Shown: positions 50,172-61,167 of the stretch, piece after piece
Numbering within the stretch: position 1 is the stretch's first letter
Layout: each line of letters begins with the position of its first letter
Assembly: GCA_910579845.1 (NCBI GenBank)
Contig: CAJTWL010000002.1
Location: 107,074 to 171,073 of the forward strand
From: an uncultured Muribaculaceae bacterium
GTDB taxonomy: Bacteria; Bacteroidota; Bacteroidia; Bacteroidales; Muribaculaceae
DNA: 64,000 nucleotides
Direction: 5' to 3'
Notes under the pieces: model-generated
Told to the model about the DNA's origin: nothing
Database searches by the model: none
Seen by the model: the letters and a program-made list of their open reading frames with translations, nothing else
Position numbers and translations under genes: made by a program

Positions 50172-51259
50172 CAGAGCTTGGATTTAAGTTCCTTGATGGT
50201 CTGTGCCCGGTCGGTAAGCGCACCGGCGCCGTCATATATAAAAAATGTGGGAAGCACTCCTACGTTATACTGACGCAATGCATTTGAAGTCTGACCTGCG
50301 GGATCAATAACAGTTGTCCATTTAAGATTCTTTGCGGCATCGCGCCATGCGTACTGATCAGCATCAAACGACACCTGATAAAAATCCACAGATCCGGCTT
50401 TACTGTTGTATATCTCTGAAAGAGCGAGATTCAGCGCCGGAGAATCCTCCGCTGTCATCATGGAGAATACAAGCACCACCGGCTTGCCCTTTCCGACAAC
50501 ATCCGACAGTTTGACATTATTTCCTTTATCGTTCTGAAGATCGATGTCTATCATGGCGATCTCCTCTGCCTCGATAACACGCTTCTTGCCTGAGCCGGCA
50601 TTATGGCGACGCATTGCCTCTACACTGATCTCACGCAGCATTCCGGCATGAGGATCATCAGGGCGGAACTGGTCGAAAGATGTGGCGACAGCCGCATAGT
50701 AACGGGCATCACCACGATCGGCGGCATCATACAGCGGTTTACCGTCAACAATCTTTGTCAGCACATAATATCCTATGATGGAACCGCGCGATTCACGCAG
50801 ATATTTATTGAACACTTCTTTCTTGAACTGTTTTACCTTCTCCGGATCCTTCGTATCCAGTTTCTGGAGTTCCTTCTCAAAAGCAGCCATATTCACTGCC
50901 GTTTCAGAACCCTCTACAGTAAAATCCGAACCAAAATCCTTTGCAGTTGAGTTGATTGTGATATTCTCTGTAGAATCAATCGGGAAATAAATGAATTTGT
51001 CGGCTAACGAAAGACGATATATTTCAGCAGATGCAGGCGCATCCGACTTAATGGTGTATTCACCTTTTGAATTTGTACGTGTAGAGTCAACAGCTATCCA
51101 CCTACCGTGGAAATCGGATTTTGCAAGTATCAGCGACTGGTCGTCGGCACCCTCTATACATCCTGAAACCTTGAATTCAGGTTCTCCGGCGCAGGAAACC
51201 ATGATGGCGGCAGGAATAAACGCCATAATCAATTTATTGAAGTATGAGATCAGTTTCAT
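50171..51259 (-). CDS. DUF4369/TlpA-like thioredoxin-fold lipoprotein lacking CxxC
   Basis: Lipobox VSC; C-terminal V.LSD..GK.VVLVF, YQVSFD, YNV..LPTFFI redoxin fold. Confidence 0.8.
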   Translation of the reverse strand: MKLISYFNKLIMAFIPAAIMVSCAGEPEFKVSGCIEGADDQSLILAKSDFHGRWIAVDSTRTNSKGEYTIKSDAPASAEIYRLSLADKFIYFPIDSTENITINSTAKDFGSDFTVEGSETAVNMAAFEKELQKLDTKDPEKVKQFKKEVFNKYLRESRGSIIGYYVLTKIVDGKPLYDAADRGDARYYAAVATSFDQFRPDDPHAGMLREISVEAMRRHNAGSGKKRVIEAEEIAMIDIDLQNDKGNNVKLSDVVGKGKPVVLVFSMMTAEDSPALNLALSEIYNSKAGSVDFYQVSFDADQYAWRDAAKNLKWTTVIDPAGQTSNALRQYNVGVLPTFFIYDGAGALTDRAQTIKELKSKL

Positions 51260-51285
51260 AATTTGGTATAAACATTATTTAATTG

Positions 51286-51334
51286 CAAATATACAAAGTT
51301 TTCCCTTTTTATTGGAATTAAATTAGTAACTTTG
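51286..51334. promoter_or_regulatory. Divergent -7 boxes for the TlpA-like operon and pnp
   Basis: CAAATATA at 51286-51293 (- strand box) and TAACTTTG at 51327-51334 (+ strand box). Confidence 0.6.
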
Positions 51335-51457
51335 TGAAAAATTAGGACGTTGAGGCAACTGAGACAGTATTGCCTCAGCTTTTCGCGCACAATATGCCAT
51401 AGCCTATTATGCGGTCACCGACACGACAATAACGAGAAGAAAAAGAATAAAGAATTT

Positions 51458-53761
51458 ATGTTACAACCGATTAAAAAGACCATCCAGCTCCCTGACGGCA
51501 GAGAAATCACAATCGAGACAGGGAAGCTTGCCAAGCAGGCAGATGGCGCGGTAGAGGTGCGCATGGGCAACACAATGTTGCTTGCCACCGTCTGTTCGGC
51601 AAAAGAAGCCGGCGAGGGAGTTGATTTTATGCCCCTCACAGTTGAATACAAAGAGAAATATGCCTCTATCGGACGCTATCCGGGAGGTTTCCTCAAGAGA
51701 GAAGGTCGTTCAAGCGACTACGAGATCCTGACATCCCGTCTTGTCGACCGTGTGCTCCGCCCTCTTTTTCCCGACAATTATCACGCAGAGACATTCGTAA
51801 ATGTGACTCTCTACTCAGCCGATGCGGATGACGCTCCCGACGCACTTGCAGGAATCGCCGCTTCAGCGGCACTTACTCTCAGTGATATACCGTTCAACGG
51901 TCCTATCTCGGAGGTGCGTGTGGCACGCGTAGACAGCGAGTGGGTTATAAACCCGACTTTCAAACAGATCGAACGTGCCGACATAGAACTTATGGTTGGC
52001 GCAACATATGAGAATATCATGATGGTGGAGGGCGAAATGGACGAGGTTTCGGAAGATGAACTTCTCGAAGCTCTCAAAGTAGCTCATGAAGAGATCAAGA
52101 AACATTGCCTCGCACAGAAAGAGATGATGATAGAGGCAGGCAAAGAGATTAAACGCGAATATAACCATGAGATAAACGATGACGAACTCAAGGCTGACGT
52201 ACATGCAAAATGCTACGACAAAGCATATGCTATAGCCCGCACAGGTTCTGCCGACAAACATTGGCGCAACGATTCTTTTGCAGCTATCTGCGACGAATAT
52301 ATCGCAAGCCTTCCTCCGATGACAGAGGAGCAGCTTGAGAAATATACCGAGGATCAGCGCATAGCAATGGTGAAACGCTATTACCACGATGTAGAGAAAG
52401 AGGCTATGCGCCGTTGTGTACTCGACGAGGGCATACGTCTTGACGGACGCAAGACCACCGATATCCGTCCCATCTGGACAGAGATCGATTATCTTCCGGG
52501 ACCTCACGGTGCGGCAATATTCACCCGTGGCGAGACTCAGGCTTTGGTTACATGTACCCTTGGCACAAGCCTTGACGAAAAGATTGTAGACGATGTTCTC
52601 AACCAGAGCAAAGAGCGTTTCCTGCTTCATTATAATTTCCCGCCTTTCTCTACGGGTGAGGCTCGCGCACAGCGTGGTGTCGGTCGTCGCGAAGTAGGTC
52701 ACGGGAATCTGGCACACCGCGCACTCAAACGCATGTTCCCTGAGGGATTCCCTTATACCTGCCGTATTGTTTCCGATATTCTTGAATCCAACGGTTCATC
52801 ATCCATGGCTACCGTCTGTGGCGGAACACTTGCATTGCTTGATGCAGGAGTTCAGATGAAACGTCCGGTTGCCGGTGTGGCAATGGGTCTGATATCTGAC
52901 GAGGGGGCTGTAAAATATGCCGTTCTCTCTGATATTCTTGGTGACGAGGACCATCTCGGAGACATGGACTTCAAAGTTACCGGTACCACAAAGGGTATAA
53001 CCGCCACTCAAATGGATATCAAATGCGACGGACTCAGCTATGAAATCCTTTCCAAGGCTTTGGAACAGGCAAAACAGGGTCGTCTGCACATCCTCAACAT
53101 AATCAACGAAACCATTCCGGCTCCACGCGAGGACTACAAGCCACACGTTCCTCGTCTGGTAACCCTGGAGATACCCAAAGAGATGATAGGTGCCGTTATC
53201 GGTCCGCAAGGTAAGATTATCCAGGGCATTCAGGAAGAGACCGGAGCCATCATCTCAATCGATGAAGATGATGAGAAGGGTATCGGAAGAGTGGAGATCG
53301 CGTCCAAAGACAAGACAAGCATTGATGCAGCCGTTTCCAAAATCAAGGCAATCGTCGCTATACCTGAAGAGGGCGAGACATATGACGGCAAAGTACGATC
53401 AATTCTCGATTTCGGTGCATTCATCGAATTTATGCCGGGTCGCGACGGACTGCTTCACATCTCCGAGATATCATGGGATCGTCTCGACTCTATGGATGCA
53501 AGCGGTCTTAAAGAGGGTGACCAGGTTAAGGTAAAACTAATAGAGATCGATAAGAAAACCGGTAAATTCCGTCTATCCATGCGCGCACTGACTCCTAAGC
53601 CAGAAGGCTATGTAGAGCGTGAGGCGCGCCCACGTCGTGAAGGAGGTGACCGTCCTCGTCGCGATGGTGATCGTGGACCGCGCCGTGAAGGTGGCGACCG
53701 ACGTCCACGCCACGATGGAGACCGCGGACCTCGCCGCCCCAACCATCACAACGCAGAATAA
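51458..53761 (+). CDS. pnp: Polyribonucleotide nucleotidyltransferase
   Basis: [39 protein letters not shown] and S1 domains; start moved to ATG 51458. Confidence 0.97.
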   Translation: MLQPIKKTIQLPDGREITIETGKLAKQADGAVEVRMGNTMLLATVCSAKEAGEGVDFMPLTVEYKEKYASIGRYPGGFLKREGRSSDYEILTSRLVDRVLRPLFPDNYHAETFVNVTLYSADADDAPDALAGIAASAALTLSDIPFNGPISEVRVARVDSEWVINPTFKQIERADIELMVGATYENIMMVEGEMDEVSEDELLEALKVAHEEIKKHCLAQKEMMIEAGKEIKREYNHEINDDELKADVHAKCYDKAYAIARTGSADKHWRNDSFAAICDEYIASLPPMTEEQLEKYTEDQRIAMVKRYYHDVEKEAMRRCVLDEGIRLDGRKTTDIRPIWTEIDYLPGPHGAAIFTRGETQALVTCTLGTSLDEKIVDDVLNQSKERFLLHYNFPPFSTGEARAQRGVGRREVGHGNLAHRALKRMFPEGFPYTCRIVSDILESNGSSSMATVCGGTLALLDAGVQMKRPVAGVAMGLISDEGAVKYAVLSDILGDEDHLGDMDFKVTGTTKGITATQMDIKCDGLSYEILSKALEQAKQGRLHILNIINETIPAPREDYKPHVPRLVTLEIPKEMIGAVIGPQGKIIQGIQEETGAIISIDEDDEKGIGRVEIASKDKTSIDAAVSKIKAIVAIPEEGETYDGKVRSILDFGAFIEFMPGRDGLLHISEISWDRLDSMDASGLKEGDQVKVKLIEIDKKTGKFRLSMRALTPKPEGYVEREARPRREGGDRPRRDGDRGPRREGGDRRPRHDGDRGPRRPNHHNAE

Positions 53762-53775
53762 TCCCAAACAACTAT

Positions 53776-53818
53776 AAAAAATACAGGAGAATCCGAATCG
53801 GATTCTCCTGTATTTTTT
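53776..53818. terminator. Bidirectional intrinsic terminator
   Basis: AAAAAATACAGGAGAATCCGA-a-TCGGATTCTCCTGTATTTTTT. Confidence 0.88.
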
Positions 53819-53851
53819 TATAGTATCTGTCTGCCCTTATGGCAGTGCAGC

Positions 53852-54121
53852 CTAATATTCTTTCGCAACCTCCTTTATGGCTTCCATATCGGGATACCAA
53901 TTCCCCTTTTCCGGATCCATTTCAAGGAGTTCGATAATATCGTAATAATCCTTTTCGGAATTATCCATATCCTCAGCAGAAAGGTCTTCGCCATCTACGA
54001 CAGCAATCTCTTTGGTTTCAGGGTTGATGCAGAGCATGGCGGTATCTCCAAAACTCTCTTCAGATTCCAGGTATTCCTCGATCTCCTCAAGGATTCTTTT
54101 TTCAAGTCCGTTATTATCCAT
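53852..54121 (-). CDS. Small acidic hypothetical protein
   Basis: 89-aa D/E-rich ORF starting 4 bp after the YccA-family stop. Confidence 0.65.
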   Translation of the reverse strand: MDNNGLEKRILEEIEEYLESEESFGDTAMLCINPETKEIAVVDGEDLSAEDMDNSEKDYYDIIELLEMDPEKGNWYPDMEAIKEVAKEY

Positions 54122-54125
54122 ACTC

Positions 54126-54845
54126 TCAATCACGGTTTCCACCCACAAAACGAAGGAGATATAGGAAGAGGTTTATGAAATCAAGATACAGATTCATAGC
54201 ACCTAATGTAGCGAGTTTATCAGCCATAGACGGATCCACATTATATGAAGCCATTCTTTTGACAGATTGTGTATCCCAGGCTGTAAGACCGGAGAATATC
54301 AGAACACCCGCAATAGATATGATCCATTCCATTGTGCTGTTGGCAAGAAATATATTCACAATAGTCGCGATGATGAGCCCGAAAAGTGCCATTATAAGAA
54401 TGGAACCCATTCTGGAAAGATCGTTCTTGGTGAAATAGCCATACACAGACATGGCTCCGAACATTCCTGCAGTTATAAAGAATGTATATACTATTGTACC
54501 TATTTTATATAACAGGAAAACAGGCGCAAGGCATAATCCCATCAATGCCGAGAAGAGCATGAATAAAAGCAGCACAGTTCCGGATGACATCTTCTGCATA
54601 CGTGCCGGTATAACCCAAGCCATAACAAACATACCGATAAGCATTACCCACATGAATATCTGGTTTCCGAAGAAGAAATTCAGTGCGGCATTAGATGACG
54701 CAACACCCATGGCACAAAAAGCCGAAATCAGAAGTCCGATAAACATGCGTACATATACACGCTTCATTACCGCATTGACCTGAGTTGTCACCTCATGTAC
54801 TCCATAAAAAGGAGGAGGTGTGCTATGTGAATTATTATAATCCAT
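54126..54845 (-). CDS. Bax inhibitor-1/YccA family membrane protein
   Basis: 7 TM; YGYFTKNDLS, LTAWDTQ, NLYLDFINLFLYLLR motifs. Confidence 0.93.
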   Translation of the reverse strand: MDYNNSHSTPPPFYGVHEVTTQVNAVMKRVYVRMFIGLLISAFCAMGVASSNAALNFFFGNQIFMWVMLIGMFVMAWVIPARMQKMSSGTVLLLFMLFSALMGLCLAPVFLLYKIGTIVYTFFITAGMFGAMSVYGYFTKNDLSRMGSILIMALFGLIIATIVNIFLANSTMEWIISIAGVLIFSGLTAWDTQSVKRMASYNVDPSMADKLATLGAMNLYLDFINLFLYLLRFVGGNRD

Positions 54846-54930
54846 ATTCCATTATTTGTTTTAATTATTAATTAATATTTAAGCAAGTGTTTTTTAATCC
54901 TTTATGCATAAATTTAATATGAACACTTAT

Positions 54931-56712
54931 TTACATCCGTTCAGGCATCTCTATCCCAAGAAGAGACATGGCTCCTTTCAATGTACGACCTACAACATAA
55001 GAGAGCAACAACCGCAACATCTTCTTATCAGGATCCTCTTCTCGCAAAATGGAGTAGTCATGATAGAACTGGTTGTACTCCTTTGCCAGATCATAGGCAT
55101 AATTTGCAATGAGAGCGGGAGAATATGCCTTGCCGGCTTCCTCAACCACACAGGGGAAATCAGCCACCTTCTGTATTAACGCAGATTCCTTGGTATTTGG
55201 TTCACTATTCGGCATCACATTGCAGTTGAAGTCGCCCGCTTTTCTTATAACCGACTGAATACGTGCGTATGTATACTGAATAAAGGGACCGGTGTTACCA
55301 TTGAAATCGATTGATTCCTTAGGATTGAAGAGCATGTTCTTGCGAGGATCCACTTTCAGCAGAAAGTATTTCAACGCACCAAGACCTACCATACGTGCGA
55401 TCTCCCTGCTTTCTTCCTCCGGCATTCCGGCAAATCTTTCCGCACCCATCTCGGCTGCGGAAGCAATCATTGTGTCGATCAGATCATCGGCATCCACCAC
55501 AGTTCCCTCGCGACTCTTCATTTTCCCTTCGGGAAGCTCTACCATTCCGTAAGAGAAATGTGTCAGATCCTTTCCCCATCTGAATCCGAGCTTGTCAAGC
55601 AAAAGTGACAGAACCTGAAAATGATAGTTCTGCTCATTGCCTACAACATATATCATCTTGTCTATCGGATAATCCTGATAGCGCAATTTTGCAGTACCTA
55701 TATCCTGGGTCATATATACCGAGGTGCCGTCAGTACGCAACAAAAGTTTATGATCAAGACCGTCGGCAGTAAGATCAGCCCATACGGAACCGTCATCCTT
55801 ACGATACATTATACCTTTCTCTATACCACCCAGCACAAGATCCTTGCCCTCAAGATAGGTATCCGATTCATAGTATATCTTGTCAAAATCCACGCCAAGC
55901 CGTTTGTACGTTTCATCAAACCCGGCATAGACCCATGAATTCATCATATTCCACAGATCACGAATCTCCTTGTCGCCGGCTTCCCACTTGCGCAGCATCT
56001 CTTGAGCCTCAGCCATCAGAGGGGATTTCTTTTTGGCATCATCTTCGGAAATATTCTCGCGGTCCATAATTGCCTTGACTTCCTCTTTGAGATGCTTGTC
56101 AAAAGCCACATAAAAATCACCTATAAGATGATCGCCCTTCTTGCCGGCTTTCTCGGGAGTGACTCCATCGCCCCATTTCTGCCATGCAAGCATGGATTTG
56201 CATATGTGTATGCCTCGGTCATTGACAATATTGGTTTTTACCACCTTATTGCCGTTTGCTTTCAGAATCCTGGACAGTGAGTAACCGAGCAGGTTGTTGC
56301 GTACATGACCGAGATGGAGTGGCTTGTTTGTGTTAGGAGAGGAATATTCCACCATCACAAGCTTTGAATCTGGTGTCTCCTCTTTAAAACCGAATAAATC
56401 GTCAGCCGCGATAGAATGAAGCAGATTCTGCCAGAACTTGGGCGATACCGTCAGATTCAGAAAGCCCTTCACGACATTGAACTTCTCCACGGCATCGACG
56501 TTTTCCAGCAGGTATTCGCCAATCTCCCGGGCAGTTGCCTCTGGATTCTTTCGCGATACCCTGAGATACGGGAACACAACCACTGTCATATCCCCTTCGA
56601 ACTCTTTTTTCGTTGCAGATGGATTAACAGAAGCCGCATCTGTCTCAACACCATACAAATCTTTAATGGCGTTTGCCACGCCGACCGATATAATTGATTC
56701 GATTGATTCCAT
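54931..56712 (-). CDS. argS: Arginine--tRNA ligase
   Basis: VEYSSPNTNKPLHLGHVRN, GKMKSREG, GNTGPFIQYTYARI, C-terminal PERM. Confidence 0.97.
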   Translation of the reverse strand: MESIESIISVGVANAIKDLYGVETDAASVNPSATKKEFEGDMTVVVFPYLRVSRKNPEATAREIGEYLLENVDAVEKFNVVKGFLNLTVSPKFWQNLLHSIAADDLFGFKEETPDSKLVMVEYSSPNTNKPLHLGHVRNNLLGYSLSRILKANGNKVVKTNIVNDRGIHICKSMLAWQKWGDGVTPEKAGKKGDHLIGDFYVAFDKHLKEEVKAIMDRENISEDDAKKKSPLMAEAQEMLRKWEAGDKEIRDLWNMMNSWVYAGFDETYKRLGVDFDKIYYESDTYLEGKDLVLGGIEKGIMYRKDDGSVWADLTADGLDHKLLLRTDGTSVYMTQDIGTAKLRYQDYPIDKMIYVVGNEQNYHFQVLSLLLDKLGFRWGKDLTHFSYGMVELPEGKMKSREGTVVDADDLIDTMIASAAEMGAERFAGMPEEESREIARMVGLGALKYFLLKVDPRKNMLFNPKESIDFNGNTGPFIQYTYARIQSVIRKAGDFNCNVMPNSEPNTKESALIQKVADFPCVVEEAGKAYSPALIANYAYDLAKEYNQFYHDYSILREEDPDKKMLRLLLSYVVGRTLKGAMSLLGIEMPERM

Positions 56713-56851
56713 ATAAGTAAATAATCAAATTAAAACGATAGTCTTACTTAAATCCGTTTTACCTGCAAAAATACAATTTTTTTCTCATTCCTGCTATATC
56801 CGGAACCATTTCGCACCTATACGCAAGTCCGCGCAATACTACAGACAGCAA

Positions 56852-56885
56852 CAGGGGCGCATCCGTGTACCGGTATGCGCCCCTG
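56852..56885 (-). terminator. Terminator after hup
   Basis: CAGGGGCGCAT.C...G.ATGCGCCCCTG hairpin. Confidence 0.7.
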
Positions 56886-56907
56886 ATTTATGATTAATCC
56901 GTACAAA

Positions 56908-57171
56908 TTATTTTGCAAGATCAGCGGCTGGTTTGAATTTAACAACCTTGCGTGCCGGAATCTGGATTTTTTCTTTTGTCTGAGGATTGATACCTGTACG
57001 GGCATCTTTCTCTACGATTGAGAATGTACCGAAACCAATGAGCTGAACTTTGTCTTCGTTTGCAAGAGCCTGTTCAATTGATTCGAGTGTTGCTTCGAGG
57101 GCCGCCTTGGCAGCTACTTTGTTTAGTTGAGCTTTTGCTGCAATCTCATTTACTAAATCAGTCTTGTTCAT
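56908..57171 (-). CDS. hup: DNA-binding protein HU
   Basis: MNKTDLV, VQLIGFGTF, ARTGINPQT, VKFKP; TATATTTG box at 57281-57288 on - strand. Confidence 0.96.
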   Translation of the reverse strand: MNKTDLVNEIAAKAQLNKVAAKAALEATLESIEQALANEDKVQLIGFGTFSIVEKDARTGINPQTKEKIQIPARKVVKFKPAADLAK

Positions 57172-57384
57172 AATTTTATTATTAAAATTTGTAATTGTTA
57201 TAATCAACGTATATCAGCATGTAACATGCTTTCTTATATTTTAACAATTGTAAGAAAGCACTTTATATCATTTAGACCCACAAATATAATTATTTAACAT
57301 TTAAAATCAAATTTAAATCGCTAAAAATATTAAATTTTATTGCTTTTATACAAAAATGTTGCTTTTTACGAGTCATCCATGTCG

Positions 57385-57710
57385 TTAAAAACAACAAACC
57401 GCAGCTCTTGCAGACTGCGGCTTGCGAGAGAAACTTCTATTCTCATAGGAATTTATCTCTTCTTCGATTAAGGTCAAAATAATAATCAATTACCCTGTTG
57501 CTTGCATGCTTATTGTAAAGGCTATATGTATTTTAATCAATCCCTGTCACACCTTACGGCATGAAGGATCGGTTTTTCTGGTATTAGATATTATACATCT
57601 ATCAATTCTATCTCTAATTGCGTTTTGCTATGATTTTTTCGGTCAACGAAGATTGGAGCTTATGGCAACCTTTCTTTATGTCAGTTTACCTTAGCTTTCT
57701 TCAAATTTTT
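57385..57710 (-). ncRNA. Candidate ~320-nt non-coding transcript
   Basis: - strand TAATTTTG box at 57717-57724, terminator GCCGCAGTCT-gcaa-GAGCTGCGGTTTGTTGTTTTT near 57390-57422, and no convincing ORF between. Confidence 0.35.
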
Positions 57711-57904
57711 GTTTTACAAAATTACAACCGTACTTTAACGTTTCATAATAATTTTATATGTTTTACAACATATTTTTCTGTTTTTTTAACCATTTTGACC
57801 ATTTATACATTTTTTATACCGAGAATATTCCTGGAAAAAGCATAAAAATATTGGGCAACCCATTACAAAGAGCTGTCCAATATCAATCGCAGTAGACTTT
57901 ATTA

Positions 57905-60007
57905 TCAAAGTCCGCGAAGGCGAAGGAGAGCCTTCGCATCCGGCTCATGACCACGGAAACGTTTGAAGAGCACCATCGGATCCTCGGAATCACCGGACTC
58001 CATGATGTTCTTTTTAAACGAAGCGGCTGTTTTCTTGTCAAAGATGCCTTTCTCTTTAAACAGTTCCCATGCATCGGCTTCGAGAACCTGAGCCCACAGA
58101 TATGTATAATATCCGGAAGCATAGCCGTCGCTGCCAAAGATATGTTTGAAATAAGGAGATCTGTAACGGAAAGTTATCTCCTCAGGCATGCCTATATCAT
58201 CACCTACCTTCTTTTCGAATGCCACAACATCCTCCACCTCAGGAGCAGCTCCGTATTTAAGGTCAAGCAATGCGGCACCTGCAAGCTCAGTGGTTGTAAA
58301 TCCCTGATTGAACTTCGATGCCTTGCCGAGTTTTTCGATCAGCTCGTCAGGAATAGGCTCACCGGTCTTGTAATGTTTTGCATACGATTTCAGCACTTCA
58401 GGTTCAAAAGCCCAATGCTCATTTATCTGAGAACACATTTCCACATAATCACGATCCACATTTGTACCGGCTATGGATTTATAGGGAGCCCGTGAAAGAA
58501 TTGCCTGGAGCGCATGACCGAACTCGTGGAATGTCGTCTCAACCTCGTCTATTGTAAGCAGAGAGGGAGTCTCTGATGTAGGAGGAGTAAAGTTACCTAC
58601 ATTGTAAACGATAGGACGACGAGTCTTGCCATCTTCGAAAATGCCGCAACTCTGCAACTGCTCCATCCATGCTCCCTGGCGTTTGGTCGCACGTGGGAAA
58701 TAATCGCACATCCATACCGCAACGTGCTCGCCTGTCTTGGAGTCAACGACATCATATACAGCCATATCGTCTATATACTTAGGCGCATCCTTAATGGGAA
58801 CCATCTTTATACCCCAAAGCTTTTCTGCACAGTCAAACAGTCCGTTAAGTACATTCTCAAGCGAGAAATAAGGTCTGAGTTCACTTTCGTCGAGATTGAA
58901 CTTCTCGTTCTTCACCTTTCCGGCATAATAATAATAGTCCCACGGCGCTATTTTGAAGTTGCCTCCATTCTTATCCACATAAGCCTGCATATCTTTCACC
59001 TCTTCATGAGAGCGTTTCACAGCCGGCTCAAACACAGACAGCAACAGATCAGATGCGGCTTCGGGAGTTTTTGCCATTACGCGGGAGGTCATCATGTGGG
59101 CAAAATCTTCAAAACCCATTATCTTGGCTTTCTCCGCACGAAGTTTCACAATCTTCTTGATTACATCGAGATTACTGTTGTTTCCCTGAAATGCAAGATT
59201 TGTGTAACCTTTATAAACAGCCTCACGCAGTCCGCGGTTATCGGCATACTGTAACACAGGTAGACGGCTTGGAGCATGAAGAGTAAATACCCAAAGACCT
59301 TCAAGTCCGCGGTTTTTTGCTTCTTCGGCAGCCTGGGCAATTGATGATTGCGGCAATCCGGCAAGATCCGCTTTGTCATAAACCGTTACAAAAAAAGCAT
59401 TGGTAGCGGCAAGCAGATTGCGGTTATATTGAATAAAGAGTTTTGACAGTTCATCATTAACCTTGATCAGTTCAGCCTTCTTATCGGCAGGAAGTGCCGC
59501 GCCCTGCTCCGCAAATGAACGATAGTATTTCTCAACCACACGCTTCTGAACGGGAGTAAGCTTCATCTTGTTGCGGTTTTCATATACGTTCTGTATCTTA
59601 CGGAAAAGATCATCATTCAGATTAACCTTGTTCGAAGCATCGTTAAGCATCGGGATAGCCTTCTCCGACATCTCCGCAAATTCCGGAGTGGACAAAGCCT
59701 CTTCGTAGTGATAGAATACGCCTGCAACCCTCTCCAATATAGGAGACAGATTCTCCAATGGAAGAATCGTATTGTCGAATGTGGGTACATCCGTGTTTGA
59801 TGTTATTTTCAACAGATTGGCATCCTGCTCTGCTATTCCTGCCTTTATTGCCGGAAGGAAATCGGATGTCCGGATCTTGTCGAACGGTGGAATACCGTAC
59901 TTGGTCTCGTATGGTTTCAAAAAGGGATTCTCTCTCTGTTGTGCCATAACCTGTGGTGTTGAGGCAAGGAGCGCGGCTCCGAATGCCATCATTAGAAATT
60001 TGTTCAT
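57905..60007 (-). CDS. dcp: M3 family peptidyl-dipeptidase
   Basis: NPFL...PPF, KRQGAWM, FHEFGHAL, RDYVE..SQ, GYYTYLWA motifs. Confidence 0.93.
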   Translation of the reverse strand: MNKFLMMAFGAALLASTPQVMAQQRENPFLKPYETKYGIPPFDKIRTSDFLPAIKAGIAEQDANLLKITSNTDVPTFDNTILPLENLSPILERVAGVFYHYEEALSTPEFAEMSEKAIPMLNDASNKVNLNDDLFRKIQNVYENRNKMKLTPVQKRVVEKYYRSFAEQGAALPADKKAELIKVNDELSKLFIQYNRNLLAATNAFFVTVYDKADLAGLPQSSIAQAAEEAKNRGLEGLWVFTLHAPSRLPVLQYADNRGLREAVYKGYTNLAFQGNNSNLDVIKKIVKLRAEKAKIMGFEDFAHMMTSRVMAKTPEAASDLLLSVFEPAVKRSHEEVKDMQAYVDKNGGNFKIAPWDYYYYAGKVKNEKFNLDESELRPYFSLENVLNGLFDCAEKLWGIKMVPIKDAPKYIDDMAVYDVVDSKTGEHVAVWMCDYFPRATKRQGAWMEQLQSCGIFEDGKTRRPIVYNVGNFTPPTSETPSLLTIDEVETTFHEFGHALQAILSRAPYKSIAGTNVDRDYVEMCSQINEHWAFEPEVLKSYAKHYKTGEPIPDELIEKLGKASKFNQGFTTTELAGAALLDLKYGAAPEVEDVVAFEKKVGDDIGMPEEITFRYRSPYFKHIFGSDGYASGYYTYLWAQVLEADAWELFKEKGIFDKKTAASFKKNIMESGDSEDPMVLFKRFRGHEPDAKALLRLRGL

Positions 60008-60053
60008 TATTATTGCTGTTGAATTATTGTTCTCTTAATAAAATAACATCATG

Positions 60054-61160
60054 CTATCGTAACCATTCGAATTTCGCTGTCAGAGGATAGTGATCGCTGC
60101 TTTTGATTCTCCCCTTTGTAACACTCAGCGCTTTCAGCGGATCCGGGCGATAAAAAACCTGATCGAGATGGAAAAGGAATCCATGCTGGTTGTAAGTTAT
60201 CGCCGGTCCGAAAGATGTCTGGACATAAGCATCTTCAAGCCCCGATGACCGTACAAGCCTGTATGCATAAGATTCCGGTACGTCATTGAAGTCTCCGGCA
60301 ACTATCAGAGGTCCGGATATCGACTCTATAGTCTTCTTAAGATCCTTTACCACCTGAGCCCGGAATTTGAACGCTTCGTTCAATTTCTCCATTACAGATC
60401 CCTTCAGTTCTTTGATACCCTCTTCAGATCTCTTTATCGACACAATCTCCTTTACAACCTGCCTTTCGTTATTGTTTAGCGAATAGGACGGGATATGCAT
60501 GTTTATCAGATTGAGTCCGCCCCAAGGCGTACGGATCTTATATATATTATACCATGAAGTGTTTCTCACCAACGTGACAGGAAACTTTGACAACACCTTG
60601 CGGTCGGTAGCAGTATTCTCTATTCTATACGGATATATCTTCCTTATAGTGTCCAGATAATCGGATATGTTGGGGATTTCATTTTCATCGTTGATATCCG
60701 CCATCTCCTGGATATTTACAATATCCGCTCCCGAGTGTATTATGAATTCTATGGCAGGATTCCCTTTCTGCGATACCATTCCTATGGAATCCGATCTATG
60801 CTGCATCTGGTCAATACCATGCAGAATATTATACGTCAGAAGCGTGAAGGTGCGTTTCTCATCCTCCGGTGCGGATGACGAATGCAACGGAACAGCTGTG
60901 GTAACAGGACCCCAGCTCGCAATAAGCGACAACACACCCAAACCGCCTGTAAATATTTTACCGAAACAGAACCATATCACAGTGACGGCAACTGTCGCTA
61001 TAGCGAGATAAGGCAACGCAAGCGTAAGACACGATGAATACGCAAAATATTCAGGGTTTATCCTGCCTCCGTAGGCGGCGGCAATGGTAAGAAGGTACAG
61101 CACAACCGATGCTATCCTCAACACCATTCTCAATATCGGGTTAATTACCGGTAAAAACAT
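60054..61160 (-). CDS. Membrane-anchored EEP family protein
   Basis: N-terminal TMs; LTYNI, DIVNIQE, GDFND, LDQ, SDHYPL motifs. Confidence 0.9.
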   Translation of the reverse strand: MFLPVINPILRMVLRIASVVLYLLTIAAAYGGRINPEYFAYSSCLTLALPYLAIATVAVTVIWFCFGKIFTGGLGVLSLIASWGPVTTAVPLHSSSAPEDEKRTFTLLTYNILHGIDQMQHRSDSIGMVSQKGNPAIEFIIHSGADIVNIQEMADINDENEIPNISDYLDTIRKIYPYRIENTATDRKVLSKFPVTLVRNTSWYNIYKIRTPWGGLNLINMHIPSYSLNNNERQVVKEIVSIKRSEEGIKELKGSVMEKLNEAFKFRAQVVKDLKKTIESISGPLIVAGDFNDVPESYAYRLVRSSGLEDAYVQTSFGPAITYNQHGFLFHLDQVFYRPDPLKALSVTKGRIKSSDHYPLTAKFEWLR

Positions 61161-61167
61161 TTCTTTT

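Noticed and set aside
53615..53740. Degenerate repeats at the 3' end of pnp ([14 protein letters not shown])
   Set aside because: In-frame low-complexity tail, not a CRISPR array or non-coding repeat.
57506..57845. Two short + strand ORFs in the dcp-hup gap
   Set aside because: F/I/L-rich translations typical of AT-rich non-coding DNA, with no supporting signals.
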